Position numbers and translations under genes: made by a program
Source: Candidatus Heimdallarchaeota archaeon
GTDB lineage: Archaea > Asgardarchaeota > Heimdallarchaeia > Heimdallarchaeales > Kariarchaeaceae
Direction of reading: 5' to 3'
DNA: 32,100 bases
Assembly: GCA_027016475.1 (NCBI GenBank)
Contig: JALUTL010000183.1
Span: 1 to 32,100, forward strand
Notes under the pieces: model-generated
Told to the model about the DNA's origin: nothing
The model's database searches: none
The model's input: the letters and a program-made list of their open reading frames with translations, nothing else
Shown here: one piece after another, positions 9,022 to 18,054 of the stretch
How positions within the stretch are numbered: position 1 is the stretch's first letter
How the letters are laid out: every line of letters begins with the position of its first letter

Positions 9022-10407
9022 GTGACTGGATCAGGAAAACCACCCAATTTGGACTTCAATCCCTCTCAATCCAAATCATCAGATAAAGAGACTTCTCAAT
9101 CCGACAGAAGGGATGAAGATGAGGTTTCAGGGGACAACAATAAGGTTATTGGCCCCCGACGCGGCTCTCCTACGGTCATTCCTGAAAAATACGACTTTTC
9201 AGATTACTATAAACGAAAATTCAAGCCAGATGAATATCTGGACAGATACAACACTCGAAAAAAATTTTTCCCCCTCACAAAATTTCTATACAAAGAATTG
9301 ACTTTCTTCTTTCAAGCTACATTCAAAATCAAGTTGCAGTTCCCAGATCCAAATGAAATACTGTTTAAATTGATCAAGAAGGCTTTTGATGCCCAAATTG
9401 CCTATCTGGATGAAACTATCTCCTTGATACTGGAAAAGAAGGATCCGCTTTTTCTCAGTAAACTGAGTGCAGGAGAAGAAAATCCAATTGTCAAACCAAC
9501 CTCTCTCGAAAATGTCAAAAAGCAAGTAATACAGCAATATGAACGGTTTCTCAATGACAGAGAAACCCTTAATTTAATGGAAATGCTGGAAGCCAATTTT
9601 GCACAAATAAATGACAATAGGTTATATTATCGGCTTGGCTTTTGGCAGCTCTTGCTCTTAGGGGGGGTCCTTGAATATTGGCAACACCATCCAGAACTTG
9701 TTCACCATTCGGATAGTCCAGTTTTATATGCATTGGACGACCTGCTCAGCGATGTAAAGGTTTTCCGACGAACAGCAGGTGTTATGCTCCTATTTGGGTT
9801 TCTTCTGTTCAAAAACATCCCAGACTTTCTGCTTTCATGGAACCGAATACTTCTCAAAGCAAATGTATCCAATGATGGGTATTTGATGCAGGCATGGGTG
9901 AAATATCGCTATAATTGTACTGCTCTGAAAGACATGAAATACGAAAATTATTTTGCCTACTTTTTCAATTCGTTAGGTTCAATCCATGGAAGAACACCTG
10001 AATTTGATGGAGGACCAAAGGAAGGTCTTCATACTTGGCTGAACACTACGCTTTTGGAACTTGAGAGGAAGCTTTCAGAATATCCTTTGTTCAGAGAGGA
10101 AGATCGGCCTCAATTGCTGGAAGAAATGTTGCTTCAACTGAACACTTATCTGACAAACGAGCTTGTGTTGAGGGAATTCGATGACGAAGGAAGATTAATC
10201 AATCAACCGCCATATTCTGACAATGTGTTCGATTTCATTGCATGGCTAATGGAATTGGCAAGTAACCGAGATACATTGACCAATGTTCCAATGATCAAAT
10301 CTGGAAAAAAAAGGGTGGAGTTGAATCAAGAAATGTTCCGTTTTATTTCATATGCCATACAAAACATCAATGAAAAAGGTGAAAAGATTATACAACCATG
10401 GTTTTAA
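9022..10407 (+). CDS. hypothetical protein (disordered acidic/Ser-rich N-terminus plus all-alpha body)
   Basis: 461-aa ORF with a GTG start and no in-frame ATG for about 190 codons. No recognisable motif. A TATA-like CTATATT lies about 25 nt upstream. Confidence 0.55.
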   Translation: MTGSGKPPNLDFNPSQSKSSDKETSQSDRRDEDEVSGDNNKVIGPRRGSPTVIPEKYDFSDYYKRKFKPDEYLDRYNTRKKFFPLTKFLYKELTFFFQATFKIKLQFPDPNEILFKLIKKAFDAQIAYLDETISLILEKKDPLFLSKLSAGEENPIVKPTSLENVKKQVIQQYERFLNDRETLNLMEMLEANFAQINDNRLYYRLGFWQLLLLGGVLEYWQHHPELVHHSDSPVLYALDDLLSDVKVFRRTAGVMLLFGFLLFKNIPDFLLSWNRILLKANVSNDGYLMQAWVKYRYNCTALKDMKYENYFAYFFNSLGSIHGRTPEFDGGPKEGLHTWLNTTLLELERKLSEYPLFREEDRPQLLEEMLLQLNTYLTNELVLREFDDEGRLINQPPYSDNVFDFIAWLMELASNRDTLTNVPMIKSGKKRVELNQEMFRFISYAIQNINEKGEKIIQPWF

Positions 10408-10481
10408 TCTTTGATGCGTAAAATTACCAAAATTCAAGTCTTTTGAGGATACGTTAAATGTAGTGGTTTTCAGAATGAACC

Positions 10482-11750
10482 ATGGATGAAACACATTACC
10501 CAAATCTTACTTCCTTCGTAAAGTATCCTAAATTCCATCCTTTTCCGATTCAAAACCTCCCATATGGAGTCTTTGAGCATAATGGGACGATGCATGTCGG
10601 TACGGCAATAGGCGATTACGTGTTAGATTTAACACATTTGGAAGAAATCAACCTTTTAGAATCACCTGACCAAACCTTTCTGTTCGATTTTCCTTCACTG
10701 AACAAATTTATGTCAAAAGGCAGGTCTACATGGAAGGCAGTTCGTGCACAAATTTCCAATTTGCTTCGGGATAAGCCAGGATCATTGGCAGATGACAAAA
10801 ATCTTCAAGAAGAAGTTCTTCTGCCCATGGATAAAGTCACAATGCATCTTCCTTTTGAAATTAAAGAATATACTGATTTCTATGCATCTATATATCATGC
10901 GACAAATGTCGGAACAATTATCAGAGGGCCTGAAAACGCCCTACAACCAAATTGGCTGCATCTCCCTGTAGGCTATCATGGAAGGGCAAGCTCTGTCATT
11001 CTTGGAGGCAAAGACATCCATAGACCGAAGGGCCAGATCAAACCGCGCGATGCGGACAAACCTTACCATGGCCCAACAAATTTCTTGGATTTTGAGTTTG
11101 AAATGGGTTTTGTTGTCGGTGTTGGAAACGAATTGGGAAAACCTATCCCTGTTGAGAAAGCCAAAGACCATATTTTCGGACTGGTCATATTGAACGATTG
11201 GAGCGCCCGGGACATTCAAGGATGGGAATACGTTCCTTTGGGTCCTTTCACTGCCAAAAATTTCGCGACGTCGATTTCCCCATGGGTAGTTACGCTTGAT
11301 GCACTAGACCCCTTCAGAACAGAAAAAGAGCGTCAAGAACCACAACCTCTTCCTTATCTCCAGAACGGGGAAGGAACCGCTTATGACATAGTCCTACAGA
11401 CATTTATCCAAACTGAGCAAATGAAAAATCCTCATAAAATAATGGAATCCAATTTCAAGTATCTTTATTGGAATATTGATCAAATGCTGGCTCACCATAC
11501 CGTGACCGGATGTAATATGAGACCGGGTGATCTGTGTGGAACAGGCACCATAAGCGGGCCAACAAAGGAATCAAGAGCATGTATGCTTGAGTTGACTTGG
11601 CGAGGTTCAGAACCATTACAGCTTCCTTCAGGAGAAGAAAGAAAGGCCTTGCATGATGGTGACACAATCATCATGACAGCATTTGCACAGAATCAGCATT
11701 ATAGAATCGGATTTGGTGAGGTCAGAACCAAAATTCTCCCTGCTGTGTAA
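10482..11750 (+). CDS. fahA: fumarylacetoacetase (two-domain, eukaryote-type FAH)
   Basis: Long collinear similarity to animal FAH as I recall it: ILNDWSARDIQGWEYVPLGPF, SPWVVTLDAL, SNFKYLYWNIDQMLAHHTVTGCNMRPGDL, GTISGP, YRIGFGE. An N-terminal FAH_N-like domain is present. Confidence 0.88.
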   Translation: MDETHYPNLTSFVKYPKFHPFPIQNLPYGVFEHNGTMHVGTAIGDYVLDLTHLEEINLLESPDQTFLFDFPSLNKFMSKGRSTWKAVRAQISNLLRDKPGSLADDKNLQEEVLLPMDKVTMHLPFEIKEYTDFYASIYHATNVGTIIRGPENALQPNWLHLPVGYHGRASSVILGGKDIHRPKGQIKPRDADKPYHGPTNFLDFEFEMGFVVGVGNELGKPIPVEKAKDHIFGLVILNDWSARDIQGWEYVPLGPFTAKNFATSISPWVVTLDALDPFRTEKERQEPQPLPYLQNGEGTAYDIVLQTFIQTEQMKNPHKIMESNFKYLYWNIDQMLAHHTVTGCNMRPGDLCGTGTISGPTKESRACMLELTWRGSEPLQLPSGEERKALHDGDTIIMTAFAQNQHYRIGFGEVRTKILPAV

Positions 11751-11751
11751 A

Positions 11752-13491
11752 TTACTCATAGTAGACCGTGTAAAGCTTTTCAAGGATATTTTCAGGCAAC
11801 CAGTGGTAAATTGGTTCGAAATCTGGGATTTGGAGATTTGAACCACCTGACAACCTGACAAATTTTCTTCCTACTCTCATTTTCCCCAATTCCTTTTGAT
11901 CAAATGCTTCATTTTTGAAAATATCATTCTCATCTTCCAAAAATGGATTGAACCCAATATAGTGAAATTTGTTCTGAATGGCAAATGTAAATGGTTCTGC
12001 ATGATTGTCAACTATTGTAAAATCGGTGTTCTCCCTCCATGCATCGAAACTGTCAATGTTGTCAATTTTTCCAAAAATCTCTTCTGTTGCGTAATAATAA
12101 ATTTTTGAAATGCCGGCAGTTTCTGCCATTTTCTCCAAAAGTTTTATGCGTGAAAATTTCCATGGCTGCCTAGGCCTTTGCCCAAAAGACAAGAAATAAT
12201 CCAGATTGACCACCAATGTCGGAATTTTTGGCATTTCTTTCTTCAGGCATTTATACTCAACCAACAGGGCCAGAACCTTTTGATATAAATTCTTCTCATT
12301 TTCCAATTCCTCCTCTTGCAATATTGATTTCCATTGTTCAAATCCCTCATCAAAAGTAAATCCAGTACGATCCACTCTGCTATGAAACCGTGCAGCATAA
12401 ATGCCTTCAGCATCCAAAGTCTCCATTGGCTTCAGATTTAACTGGACAATTATATGCCAAGCACCATCAAACTGAGCCTGAATTTCTGCAACATGCTTTT
12501 CTATTGGTTCCCTATCAACCGCATAAATCAGTTTTGCCATTTCAATGTCAGTCGTCAATGTCCAAACGTTTGTTTCAGGATTCAGTTTCAGTCCCTCTTG
12601 AATAACCGATTCAACCATCTGATACTTGTTTGAAAGTGCTCGCGTCACTACATCTTTTGCTGTCATATCCACCTTGATGAAAGCTGAAAGTGGATCTTTA
12701 GTTGGTGGTGAAGACCATCTGATGAAGGCAATGGATGTGAGGAATGGGAGGAATGACGTTCCATCCCCAATCATGCTTTCTTCGCCCTCCGGCGTTTCCA
12801 CCAATAACCAAAAATCTGCTGAGGCAACTTCAAACCCAGAAATTGCCGTGTCGTTCGTGATAGCCAATGGCACCATACCACTCTCAAGTCCCTCTCCCTC
12901 CTTCTGTGCTAGGAATAAGACTTTGTTCGCCAATTGGGTGTCTACGTCCACCTCCTCATAGCTTTGCGCTTTCAAAACCAATTCATCAAAAAAAAGCTTG
13001 AATGGGGTGCCTATAACAAAGACATTCAAATCAACTATTTCCTCTAATGTCTTGAAGTTCTCTTCTAAGGCTTTCTTTCCATCATCAGTCAAGGTGTACT
13101 GAATAATGTAGGGGCGGTTCAAAATGTTGATTATTTGGTGTGTCTTCCATTCATCCCCAAACTCTCGTTCAAGCTTCGCCAAATTTCGGTTCAGGCTATC
13201 CCGGTCAAATTCTTCAATGTTCAGAAGACCTGATTCTTCCATTTTGTTCAATACATCTTCCACGACAGCAAGAGTAAAACCTGAGAGAATATGGATTTCG
13301 ATTCTGGTGATCGTTCCAAACACTTCAGCCGCTTTCAATGTCAACCATTCAATTGGTTCTAAAGGTGTCCTCGTCCTAGCCTCAATTCTTGAAAAGTGAA
13401 AACTCGCAACTCCTGTGGTCACTTTGAACATAATTGACGCGTCGAAGTTCTTGTTATGCTTTGACCAAGTCCTTAGTGTATTTGAAAACAT
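11752..13491 (-). CDS. uncharacterised 579-aa protein with an N-terminal winged-helix-like segment; partner of the upstream helicase
   Basis: wHTH-like pattern at aa 46-142 (EWLTLKAAEVFGTITRIEIHILSGFTLAVVEDVLNKMEESGLL ... YTLTDDGKKALEE). The remaining ~430 aa have no recognisable motif. GGAGAAGG lies immediately upstream of the ATG, 10 nt after the helicase stop. Confidence 0.6.
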   Translation of the reverse strand: MFSNTLRTWSKHNKNFDASIMFKVTTGVASFHFSRIEARTRTPLEPIEWLTLKAAEVFGTITRIEIHILSGFTLAVVEDVLNKMEESGLLNIEEFDRDSLNRNLAKLEREFGDEWKTHQIINILNRPYIIQYTLTDDGKKALEENFKTLEEIVDLNVFVIGTPFKLFFDELVLKAQSYEEVDVDTQLANKVLFLAQKEGEGLESGMVPLAITNDTAISGFEVASADFWLLVETPEGEESMIGDGTSFLPFLTSIAFIRWSSPPTKDPLSAFIKVDMTAKDVVTRALSNKYQMVESVIQEGLKLNPETNVWTLTTDIEMAKLIYAVDREPIEKHVAEIQAQFDGAWHIIVQLNLKPMETLDAEGIYAARFHSRVDRTGFTFDEGFEQWKSILQEEELENEKNLYQKVLALLVEYKCLKKEMPKIPTLVVNLDYFLSFGQRPRQPWKFSRIKLLEKMAETAGISKIYYYATEEIFGKIDNIDSFDAWRENTDFTIVDNHAEPFTFAIQNKFHYIGFNPFLEDENDIFKNEAFDQKELGKMRVGRKFVRLSGGSNLQIPDFEPIYHWLPENILEKLYTVYYE

Positions 13492-13501
13492 GTCCTTCTC
13501 C

Positions 13502-16177
13502 TCAATTGAATTTTATTTTCCTAACTAATCCATGGGCTTTGGCGTATTTTGCCAACTCCTGCAAGATGATTGGGTGTTCCCGCTTTCTAAGCTTCAGGAA
13601 AAACCGATGGTTGCCTATGACAATCAGATTGTGCTTTGCCCTTGAAAGGCTGACATTGATCCGCTGAAGATTTTTCAGGAAACCAATATTGCCTTTTGGA
13701 TTGCTTCGGGTTAAGCTAAGTAAGACAATATCCTGCTCTTGACCTTGAAAACGATCCACAATGCTCACTCGAACCTTAATTGGTTTGTTCGGAACGCTGT
13801 ACCGCCAACCTCTTTCTGGGACAAGCTCTTCCATCAACCTCAATTGATTGTTTATTTCTCTGGATTGATCTGCATAATAAGTGATCACTCCGATAGTCAT
13901 CGGGTTTTCATCTGTAAAGCCCAACTTTTCAGCATCCATTGTGATCAACGCCGAAATTATTTCCGCTATTGAATCAGCCTCTGCTGAATTCCTATATCCT
14001 TTCCATCGTCCCGGACTGTCATGAGGATTCGGATAGTTCTCTGTAGAAACAAAGACTAATGGTTCAGTGATCTTTGGCAGACCAAGTGATTTGACTTTGG
14101 GCAATGTAAATCCATGAGTTGCAGCATCTGTCGATGTTTTCAGCAGCCCCATGTATATGTTTTCGTCCAAAAAGTTTGCCAATATTGATGGCATCCGATG
14201 TTGGTAAGTAAGTACTGCATTTCGTGAATCGTCCAACCGTTGAAGGAAGTAATGGAAACAGCTTCCTAACGCCAAGTTCACCATTTCCTCGACTGATTGT
14301 ATTGCCTTCTTGTCATATTGCAGTAACTCAACGATCTTGTTCCAATGTTGGTCAGTTTGTCCTTCACTCAATGCATGAAGTTCCTCATGGAACCTTCGTA
14401 AATGGCCAACCAACTCCTCCGTCCTTTCATCAAATTCAGAACTTCGGTTTCTGGAGCTGCCAGAGCTGGAACTCTCTCCATTTTCTTCTTCAAGATTCTC
14501 AAAGTATCTCTGAACGTAAATTCTGAGTTCTTGATCGTTGACATATGGAGGCAATTGGCGATGGTCTCCAACCAGAACCCATCTTCTTGCACGCACAGCT
14601 GGTACAAGAAATTCCATCACAGTTGCTTTGCTTGCCTCGTCAATAATCAGCATATCAAAATTGACTGGGTTCTTTGTCGATTTTTCGTAGAACCGTGCAA
14701 TCCCAATTGTAGTTCCACATACCAGATTCGCCTGATCCAACACCAAATTTTCGAAATACCTTCGCTCATTGCTTTCCATACGAGTTAAAAATTCTTTTTG
14801 GATGCTTTCAAGCTCCTTATCCTTACCCTTGCCGAGGTTGAAAGAAGGAAGTGTGTCTTTTAATTCCATGACTCGTTCCTGTAACCTGTATTTGCGTAAA
14901 TGGTCGGGCATGTACTTTCTCCCTCCAACTCTTACCGCTACAACTCCTTTTTCATGGGCAACACGTTCAAGGACATTGTCAACAGCAACATGTGTCGGAG
15001 CAACCATCAGCACCCGTTTGCCGTTTGCAACCATGTGACGGATGATCTCCACTATGACGGTCGTTTTGCCCGTTCCTGGTGGACCATGGATGAGGCTGAT
15101 GTCATCTGAACTCAGTGCAAGATCAATGGCTTCTGCTTGTCCTTTGGAAACTTCCAAGGCATGTGAGATGTTTGGGTGGAAATATGATCTTGGAAGTACT
15201 TCTGCTGGTGGCAAGCCCCATGGTCGAATCAAGAGATCTGCAAGTTTCGAGTAAGTTGGATCCTTCCTCCCAATCAAGAGGTTGACTGCCTGCATTTTCC
15301 TTCTGTTGCTCGCCATGTCTCCTTCCAGAAAAATTATTCCTTCTTCTGGCCAGTCCTCTATTCTATCCTTATCCTCAATGATTAGAACCTGATCCGTCTC
15401 ATCATAGTCGCTCACTCTAACTGATAAATACACATTTCCCTTGCTGTCCCTTGCAGAAATTTGGTTCCCGCCTTCTGTGATTTGGCGAGGCGGATCATTG
15501 ACTTCAAGATACCCTCTCTCATCATCACTCGGCAATTTGACATAGCTACATTGAGGACGATACCTTGGGTCACGAATAGACAACCGCTCATAGTAAAGAA
15601 ACTCGAAAAATGGCTGGAATGACTTGTTCAAAAATTTCTTGTAGTCTATGTCCAATTGTTCCCGCTGATTCTCTTTCATCCAAAGCACTGTTGAGAACAA
15701 AATCTTGCCTAAAGATGGCCTGTTTGATGACACATTACCCGCCCTAATAAGCCGGATGGGGAAATCTGTTGATGGTAACGATTGATGTTTGTTCCTGCTC
15801 GGATTTACGCCGTAAATAACAACAAGGAGAAAAGTTTCCGTCCCCGGATTCCACCTAAAAATGCCTCCTACTTCATCCGTTTCTAATTTGATCGTCAGAT
15901 CCTCATTTTGGAGAAGTGAAATGACATACTGTTCAATCTGCTCTGTTTCTTCCAAGTCATCGGGAATGGTTATTGGATCCCTGTCCAATTGAACAATTAT
16001 TTTCGGAGTCCCATTGAAGATTTCCAGTTTAAGGTTCCGTTCTTCCAACAAACTGTCTGCCTTTTTTGTGACATTGCAAGAGATATCCAAAACAGGCTTC
16101 TGATAATTGATCACTTGACGTGCATTTCCCAAATTGACTTTATCCATGATCAATTTTGAAATCTTTTGAATCTGCAA
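13502..16177 (-). CDS. superfamily 1B (Upf1/DNA2-like, AAA_11/AAA_12) helicase with a large uncharacterised N-terminal region
   Basis: Walker A GPPGTGKT (15062-15085), Walker B IIDEAS, motif III LVGDHRQLPP, motif V VDRFQGQEQDIV and motif VI NVSLSRAKHNLIVIG. The first ~340 aa are unassigned. A Ser-rich low-complexity insert (EEENGESSSSGSSRNRSS) follows motif III. Confidence 0.85.
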   Translation of the reverse strand: MQIQKISKLIMDKVNLGNARQVINYQKPVLDISCNVTKKADSLLEERNLKLEIFNGTPKIIVQLDRDPITIPDDLEETEQIEQYVISLLQNEDLTIKLETDEVGGIFRWNPGTETFLLVVIYGVNPSRNKHQSLPSTDFPIRLIRAGNVSSNRPSLGKILFSTVLWMKENQREQLDIDYKKFLNKSFQPFFEFLYYERLSIRDPRYRPQCSYVKLPSDDERGYLEVNDPPRQITEGGNQISARDSKGNVYLSVRVSDYDETDQVLIIEDKDRIEDWPEEGIIFLEGDMASNRRKMQAVNLLIGRKDPTYSKLADLLIRPWGLPPAEVLPRSYFHPNISHALEVSKGQAEAIDLALSSDDISLIHGPPGTGKTTVIVEIIRHMVANGKRVLMVAPTHVAVDNVLERVAHEKGVVAVRVGGRKYMPDHLRKYRLQERVMELKDTLPSFNLGKGKDKELESIQKEFLTRMESNERRYFENLVLDQANLVCGTTIGIARFYEKSTKNPVNFDMLIIDEASKATVMEFLVPAVRARRWVLVGDHRQLPPYVNDQELRIYVQRYFENLEEENGESSSSGSSRNRSSEFDERTEELVGHLRRFHEELHALSEGQTDQHWNKIVELLQYDKKAIQSVEEMVNLALGSCFHYFLQRLDDSRNAVLTYQHRMPSILANFLDENIYMGLLKTSTDAATHGFTLPKVKSLGLPKITEPLVFVSTENYPNPHDSPGRWKGYRNSAEADSIAEIISALITMDAEKLGFTDENPMTIGVITYYADQSREINNQLRLMEELVPERGWRYSVPNKPIKVRVSIVDRFQGQEQDIVLLSLTRSNPKGNIGFLKNLQRINVSLSRAKHNLIVIGNHRFFLKLRKREHPIILQELAKYAKAHGLVRKIKFN

Positions 16178-16257
16178 CGTTCAACCTCACAATCCTATGG
16201 TTTGAATTGTATTTAACTTTACAGTCTGATACTAAACAAAATAGAAGGGAATGAGCC

Positions 16258-17520
16258 TCAATTTGCTTGCTCTACACCCATGACCAAACTTTGATTTCCT
16301 TTGATACGCATAATGCTCAAAAAGAAGACAATGCCTAATATACAGAATACAGCAATATAAATTGCAAAAGGAAGGAAAATATCCGTGGAGTAAATCATGG
16401 CTGCAATCAATGGCCCAACAACCCTTGCAATGGCAGCACCAGAAGAATTCAACCCCAATCCTTCCCCTTGCTCTGCTTGGGGTATTTTCAATGAAACAAG
16501 GCTGTTCAATGCAGGTGTCAATAACCCTTGTCCGATCCCCAAAGGTATGGTGAAAAGAATCAAAGTGTATCTGTCCCACGCCAATGGAAGAATGGCCAGA
16601 CCCAATATATTGAAGACAAGACCGGCCAATATTGTCCTTTCTTCTCCAAACCTTCTCACGAATGGGCGAATAAGTCCTGCCTGAACAAAGATTATGACAA
16701 TTCCTACAATGGCAAATGCATAGCCTATGGTTCTTTCATTGAAATAACTGTCCACTTCTTGAGCATAAAGTGGGAAAATTGTCTCAAAACCGCTGAACAC
16801 TAAGGTAGATGCCGAAAATAACGCTATCAGAAGCCCCACCTGTGGATATTTCAAAATGCGGAATGAATCTACAATTCTTGTTTGTTGCATCACTTTGGTC
16901 TGCCGTATTTCCGAAGAGAGCGTCTCTGGAAGGTAAAGGTATGCATAGAAGAAATTGAACAGGGCCAATCCTCCAGCCAGCAGAGACGGAACCAAATTTG
17001 GAAAGCTTTCAAATGATGGGATCGTAAAGTTTGCGGCCACTGAGCCAATGGCTGGCCCGAACGTGAAACCGAGCCCAAAGGCTGCACCAATAATCCCCAT
17101 ACGGGCCGTCCGTTTTTCCGGAGGAGAAATGTCTGCAATAAATGCCCGTGCGGTCGGTAAAGATGCAGCAGTGAAAAAGCCTGCCATCATTCTTGCAACA
17201 AACAGCAATGGGATAGTTGTTGCCAACCCGAATACAACGAACGAAATACTCGAACCTAAAAGACCTACAAGTACAACTGGTTTTCTGCCTACCCTGTCTG
17301 AAACTCTACCCCAAAGCGGAGCAAAAACAAACTGCATGAGCGAATAAATGGCGAGTATCATTCCATACTCAAAGTTTGTGCCACCCAATGTGTCTGTTAC
17401 GTAATATGGAATAACTGGTATGATGATGCCAAATCCCAGCAAATCAATGAATACTGCCAAGAACATCAACTGTATCCCCTTTCTCTCTTGATCTGCTGTC
17501 AAGGCACTGGAATTATTCAT
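16258..17520 (-). CDS. MFS transporter (DHA1/tetracycline-efflux-like)
   Basis: MFS motif A GRVSDRVGRKPV and about 12 TM helices. The ORF is open to 17580, but the ATG at 17520 (MNNSSALT) gives a typical N-terminus. Confidence 0.8.
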   Translation of the reverse strand: MNNSSALTADQERKGIQLMFLAVFIDLLGFGIIIPVIPYYVTDTLGGTNFEYGMILAIYSLMQFVFAPLWGRVSDRVGRKPVVLVGLLGSSISFVVFGLATTIPLLFVARMMAGFFTAASLPTARAFIADISPPEKRTARMGIIGAAFGLGFTFGPAIGSVAANFTIPSFESFPNLVPSLLAGGLALFNFFYAYLYLPETLSSEIRQTKVMQQTRIVDSFRILKYPQVGLLIALFSASTLVFSGFETIFPLYAQEVDSYFNERTIGYAFAIVGIVIIFVQAGLIRPFVRRFGEERTILAGLVFNILGLAILPLAWDRYTLILFTIPLGIGQGLLTPALNSLVSLKIPQAEQGEGLGLNSSGAAIARVVGPLIAAMIYSTDIFLPFAIYIAVFCILGIVFFLSIMRIKGNQSLVMGVEQAN

Positions 17521-17582
17521 AAGTTGCCTACTTGGAACAAAATAAAGCTCTATTGAAAATGACTCAAGTCTTTGTTGCATTC

Positions 17583-17605
17583 TCGAATTGGTTTGATCGA
17601 ATTGG
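17583..17605. repeat. perfect 9-nt tandem direct repeat TCGAATTGG-N5-TCGAATTGG in the MFS/crcB divergent region
   Basis: Read directly from the sequence: copies at 17583-17591 and 17597-17605. Confidence 0.5.
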
Positions 17606-17624
17606 ATACGGAAACCACTAAAAA

Positions 17625-17631
17625 TTTTATA
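17625..17631 (+). promoter_or_regulatory. TATA-box-like element for crcB (leaderless or near-leaderless transcript)
   Basis: TTTTATA preceded by an A-rich BRE-like stretch, centred about 26 nt upstream of the crcB ATG at 17654. Confidence 0.4.
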
Positions 17632-17653
17632 CCATCACAGCCAGAGACCAAAT

Positions 17654-18043
17654 ATGATTGAACGAATCCACCCGGTGCTTTTGGTTGCCATAGGTGGCAT
17701 AGGCGGTGCCCTTGCACGCTATTATCTCTCAGGGCTTCTTAAAAATTCTTGGAGCATTCCCCTTGGAACGCTTGTTGTGAATATTCTTGGATCCTTTATA
17801 CTTGGCTATCTCTTTACACTGAACAGGTTCACCCTCCTTTCTTCGGAATGGTTGATTTTGCTTGGAACTGGCTTTATGGGGAGCTTTACAACAATGTCCA
17901 CCTTTGTTGTAGAAACGTTGAATCTCAGCTCTGAATCCTATAACCTAGGGCTCCTCAACTTTATATCGACAATTGCCCTTGTTTTCATTGGCGGATTTTG
18001 TGGACAAGCGCTTGCGTTGCTCCAAATTCGGGGTTCATTCTAG
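17654..18043 (+). CDS. crcB: fluoride ion channel CrcB/FluC
   Basis: About 125 aa with 4 TM helices and signatures GGIGGALARY and GFMGSFTTMSTF. Confidence 0.9.
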   Translation: MIERIHPVLLVAIGGIGGALARYYLSGLLKNSWSIPLGTLVVNILGSFILGYLFTLNRFTLLSSEWLILLGTGFMGSFTTMSTFVVETLNLSSESYNLGLLNFISTIALVFIGGFCGQALALLQIRGSF

Positions 18044-18054
18044 GTGACGGACTA

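Noticed and set aside
13441-13458. HNKNFD near the N-terminus of the 579-aa partner protein, considered as a PLD HKD motif (Mokosh-like effector).
   Set aside because: The spacing is HxKxxD, not HxKxxxxD. There is no following GSxN and no second HKD copy.
14224-15254. Several 69-128-aa plus-strand ORFs (for example 14224-14526, 14402-14788 and 14769-15038) inside the helicase gene.
   Set aside because: They are antisense shadow ORFs of a long, motif-rich minus-strand gene, with low-complexity or odd composition and no motifs.
15368-15415. Possible PD-(D/E)xK nuclease motif (VSDYDETDQVLIIEDK) in the helicase N-terminal region, which would make it Nhi-like.
   Set aside because: The D...ExK spacing is short and the surrounding segment (…GIIFLEGDMASNRRKMQAVNLL) looks like the beta-barrel that commonly precedes AAA_11 helicase cores. 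A single short pattern is not enough to call a nuclease. It is left as something to test by structure prediction.
16362-17347. Plus-strand ORFs (16397-16684, 16528-16803, 16955-17347) and a nested minus-strand ORF (16232-16579) over the MFS gene.
   Set aside because: They are shadow or out-of-frame ORFs within a clear 12-TM MFS coding region.
17521-17580. 20-codon N-terminal extension of the MFS ORF.
   Set aside because: The extension is non-hydrophobic and atypical. The ATG at 17520 is the more plausible start, but this cannot be settled from sequence alone.
17581-17653. Looked for a fluoride (crcB-motif) riboswitch upstream of crcB.
   Set aside because: The spacer is only ~73 nt. It lacks the conserved GGxGAUGG...CUGAUGAU-type pseudoknot elements I recall, and the TATA box sits ~26 nt from the ATG, leaving no leader for a riboswitch.
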